Shown here: piece after piece, positions 36,016 through 37,087 of the stretch
How positions within the stretch are numbered: position 1 is the stretch's first letter
How the letters are laid out: each line of letters starts with the position of its first letter
Source of the DNA: a virus
Taxonomy: Duplodnaviria; Caudoviricetes
Virus record (IMG/VR): IMGVR_UViG_3300017909_004743
Location: 1-37,087 of that record
Direction: 5' to 3' (one strand)
DNA: 37,087 nucleotides
Notes under the pieces: model-generated
The model's input: only the letters and a program-made list of their open reading frames with translations
What the model was told of the DNA's origin: nothing
The model's database searches: none
Position numbers and translations under genes: made by a program

Positions 36016-36114
36016 GATGTAGAGAAAAGAGAAAAGAATTAAGATGGGTCAGAGAAACAACCAACTGAGAGAAGTCTACTGGAGAGAAGCAATCAGTGGG
36101 AGAAGTCTGCACCC

Positions 36115-36147
36115 TTACACTATAGGTCCACTTTAGAGGTAACTAAC
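36115..36147 (-). promoter_or_regulatory. 33-bp conserved promoter-like motif, copy 2
   Basis: GTTAGTTACCTCTAAAGTGGACCTATAGTGTAA; -10-like TATAGT. Confidence 0.75.
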
Positions 36148-36148
36148 T

Positions 36149-36349
36149 TTAATTCACTGCAAAAAACATGTGGTCAGCATCAAGAACCTGATGACCTTCT
36201 CCAGACCATGCTATACTAAACCCCTTGTATTCTTCATCCTCTGTGCATACTGTAGCAGTCTGGTCTAGATAACGCTCAGGCAACTCATTTAGGATTGCTT
36301 TCAGTTCTCTGTAAGTAGCACGATTCCAATCACTCTTTGGTAGATACAT
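36149..36349 (-). CDS. Hypothetical protein (66 aa)
   Basis: Tightly packed, co-oriented ORF. Confidence 0.7.
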   Translation of the reverse strand: MYLPKSDWNRATYRELKAILNELPERYLDQTATVCTEDEEYKGFSIAWSGEGHQVLDADHMFFAVN

Positions 36350-36350
36350 T

Positions 36351-36542
36351 TTAGGTCAGAGGTGTGATGTCATAAGATGTAAAGTTAGGATATTGTTTCT
36401 CAACCCATTTGCTTAACTTATTATTCTGTGATTTGATACCTTTGTGTGTCTTTGGTTTGGTGGGCATTGTCTTGTAAAATGTGATGATGTTTTCATCATC
36501 GGTTGTTACATTGACAATGTAAGTTGCTGTTGTAGTGTTCAT
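36351..36542 (-). CDS. Hypothetical protein (63 aa)
   Basis: The ATG at 36542 overlaps the upstream TGA (TGATG) and is preferred over the GTG at 36545. Confidence 0.7.
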   Translation of the reverse strand: MNTTTATYIVNVTTDDENIITFYKTMPTKPKTHKGIKSQNNKLSKWVEKQYPNFTSYDITPLT

Positions 36543-36721
36543 CACATTCCATTCATAAAGTCATGAATTGCAGAGAAATACTCCTCTTCAGTGTTGTATG
36601 TTCTACCATACATTGTCAGAGGAAACTCTTTCTTCTGAAACATTGTTGATGCTACATTAACATCAGTTTCATCATATCCCATTTCAATGAGATTTTGAAC
36701 ATAGGGATTTTTGTGTGTCAT
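36542..36721 (-). CDS. Hypothetical protein (59 aa; not in ORF track)
   Basis: MTHKNPYVQNLIEMGYDETDVNVASTMFQKKEFPLTMYGRTYNTEEEYFSAIHDFMNGM; overlaps both neighbours. Confidence 0.75.
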   Translation of the reverse strand: MTHKNPYVQNLIEMGYDETDVNVASTMFQKKEFPLTMYGRTYNTEEEYFSAIHDFMNGM

Positions 36722-36882
36722 AATGATTCAAGGATAAAAGATCTTGCCTGGTAAGCAGTGAATTGATTGGAGAATGTTGCAATCTTTTGCATATCTTTCC
36801 TCCAATACAATGCCCACTTATGTGTACCCATCACACCCTTGATTAGGATGGGATTGTCAATACCAAGTGGATAAGGTTTCAT
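36718..36882 (-). CDS. Hypothetical protein (54 aa; not in ORF track)
   Basis: MKPYPLGIDNPILIKGVMGTHKWALYWRKDMQKIATFSNQFTAYQARSFILESL; directly after motif copy 3, with an ATGA overlap downstream. Confidence 0.75.
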   Translation of the reverse strand: MKPYPLGIDNPILIKGVMGTHKWALYWRKDMQKIATFSNQFTAYQARSFILESL

Positions 36883-36893
36883 GTTTGATGTGC

Positions 36894-36926
36894 TTACACT
36901 ATAGGACCACTTTAGAGGTAACTAAC
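36894..36926 (-). promoter_or_regulatory. 33-bp conserved promoter-like motif, copy 3
   Basis: GTTAGTTACCTCTAAAGTGGTCCTATAGTGTAA. Confidence 0.75.
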
Positions 36927-36930
36927 AATA

Positions 36931-37087
36931 TCATGCCAAAACATGACGATAATCAACAGATTTGACACACCAACCTGATGCACATGTGATTTCTTCAATG
37001 AGATCATCCTCATCACATGCTTCCCAAATTGTTGTCATCGTTTGATTGATTACACCTTGTTTCTCTTCTTCAGGATAAGGTCCAAAT
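36931..37087 (-). CDS. Partial hypothetical protein (3' end only)
   Basis: Open frame ...TIWEACDEDDLIEEITCASGWCVKSVDYRHVLA ending in TGA at 36931. Confidence 0.65.
   Translation of the reverse strand, partial: FGPYPEEEKQGVINQTMTTIWEACDEDDLIEEITCASGWCVKSVDYRHVLA

Noticed and set aside
34019-36148. tRNA genes or self-cleaving ribozymes in the intergenic gaps
   Set aside because: No cloverleaf with a T-loop GTTC motif and no hammerhead/twister core recognised by eye; tRNAscan-SE and Infernal would be decisive.

Overview
A 37 kb fragment of a T4-like cyanomyovirus (Kyanoviridae-type) genome; almost all coding is on the minus strand. Read right to left, it has three parts. (1) ~34.0-37.1 kb: a cluster of very small, probably early, genes with three copies of a 33-bp promoter-like motif and a dense regulatory island. 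(2) ~31.9-34.0 kb: conserved hypothetical genes, including a GT-A glycosyltransferase-like protein. (3) The late structural block: gp25, gp6, a giant gp7, gp8, a VrlC/DUF4815-like protein, two small virion proteins, gp13, gp14, gp15, gp16, then a mosaic fibre-like gene and further genes in the variable region after gp16. Several late genes have TAAATA late promoters. The most notable signal is at 34.5-35.25 kb: a 60-aa putative ribbon-helix-helix protein whose sigma70-like promoter is covered by TATGTG-N3-CACATA palindromes. Nine such sites occur in three clusters, together with a divergent promoter pair and an ORF-less promoter firing into one array. This is a candidate autoregulatory switch or iteron-type origin. 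Also seen: two candidate structured RNA leaders, a G8/C7 inverted-repeat element, and strong CpG depletion that relaxes abruptly within the fibre gene. All family assignments come from motif recognition and gene order, not database searches. No tRNA, rRNA, CRISPR array or transposase was recognised.
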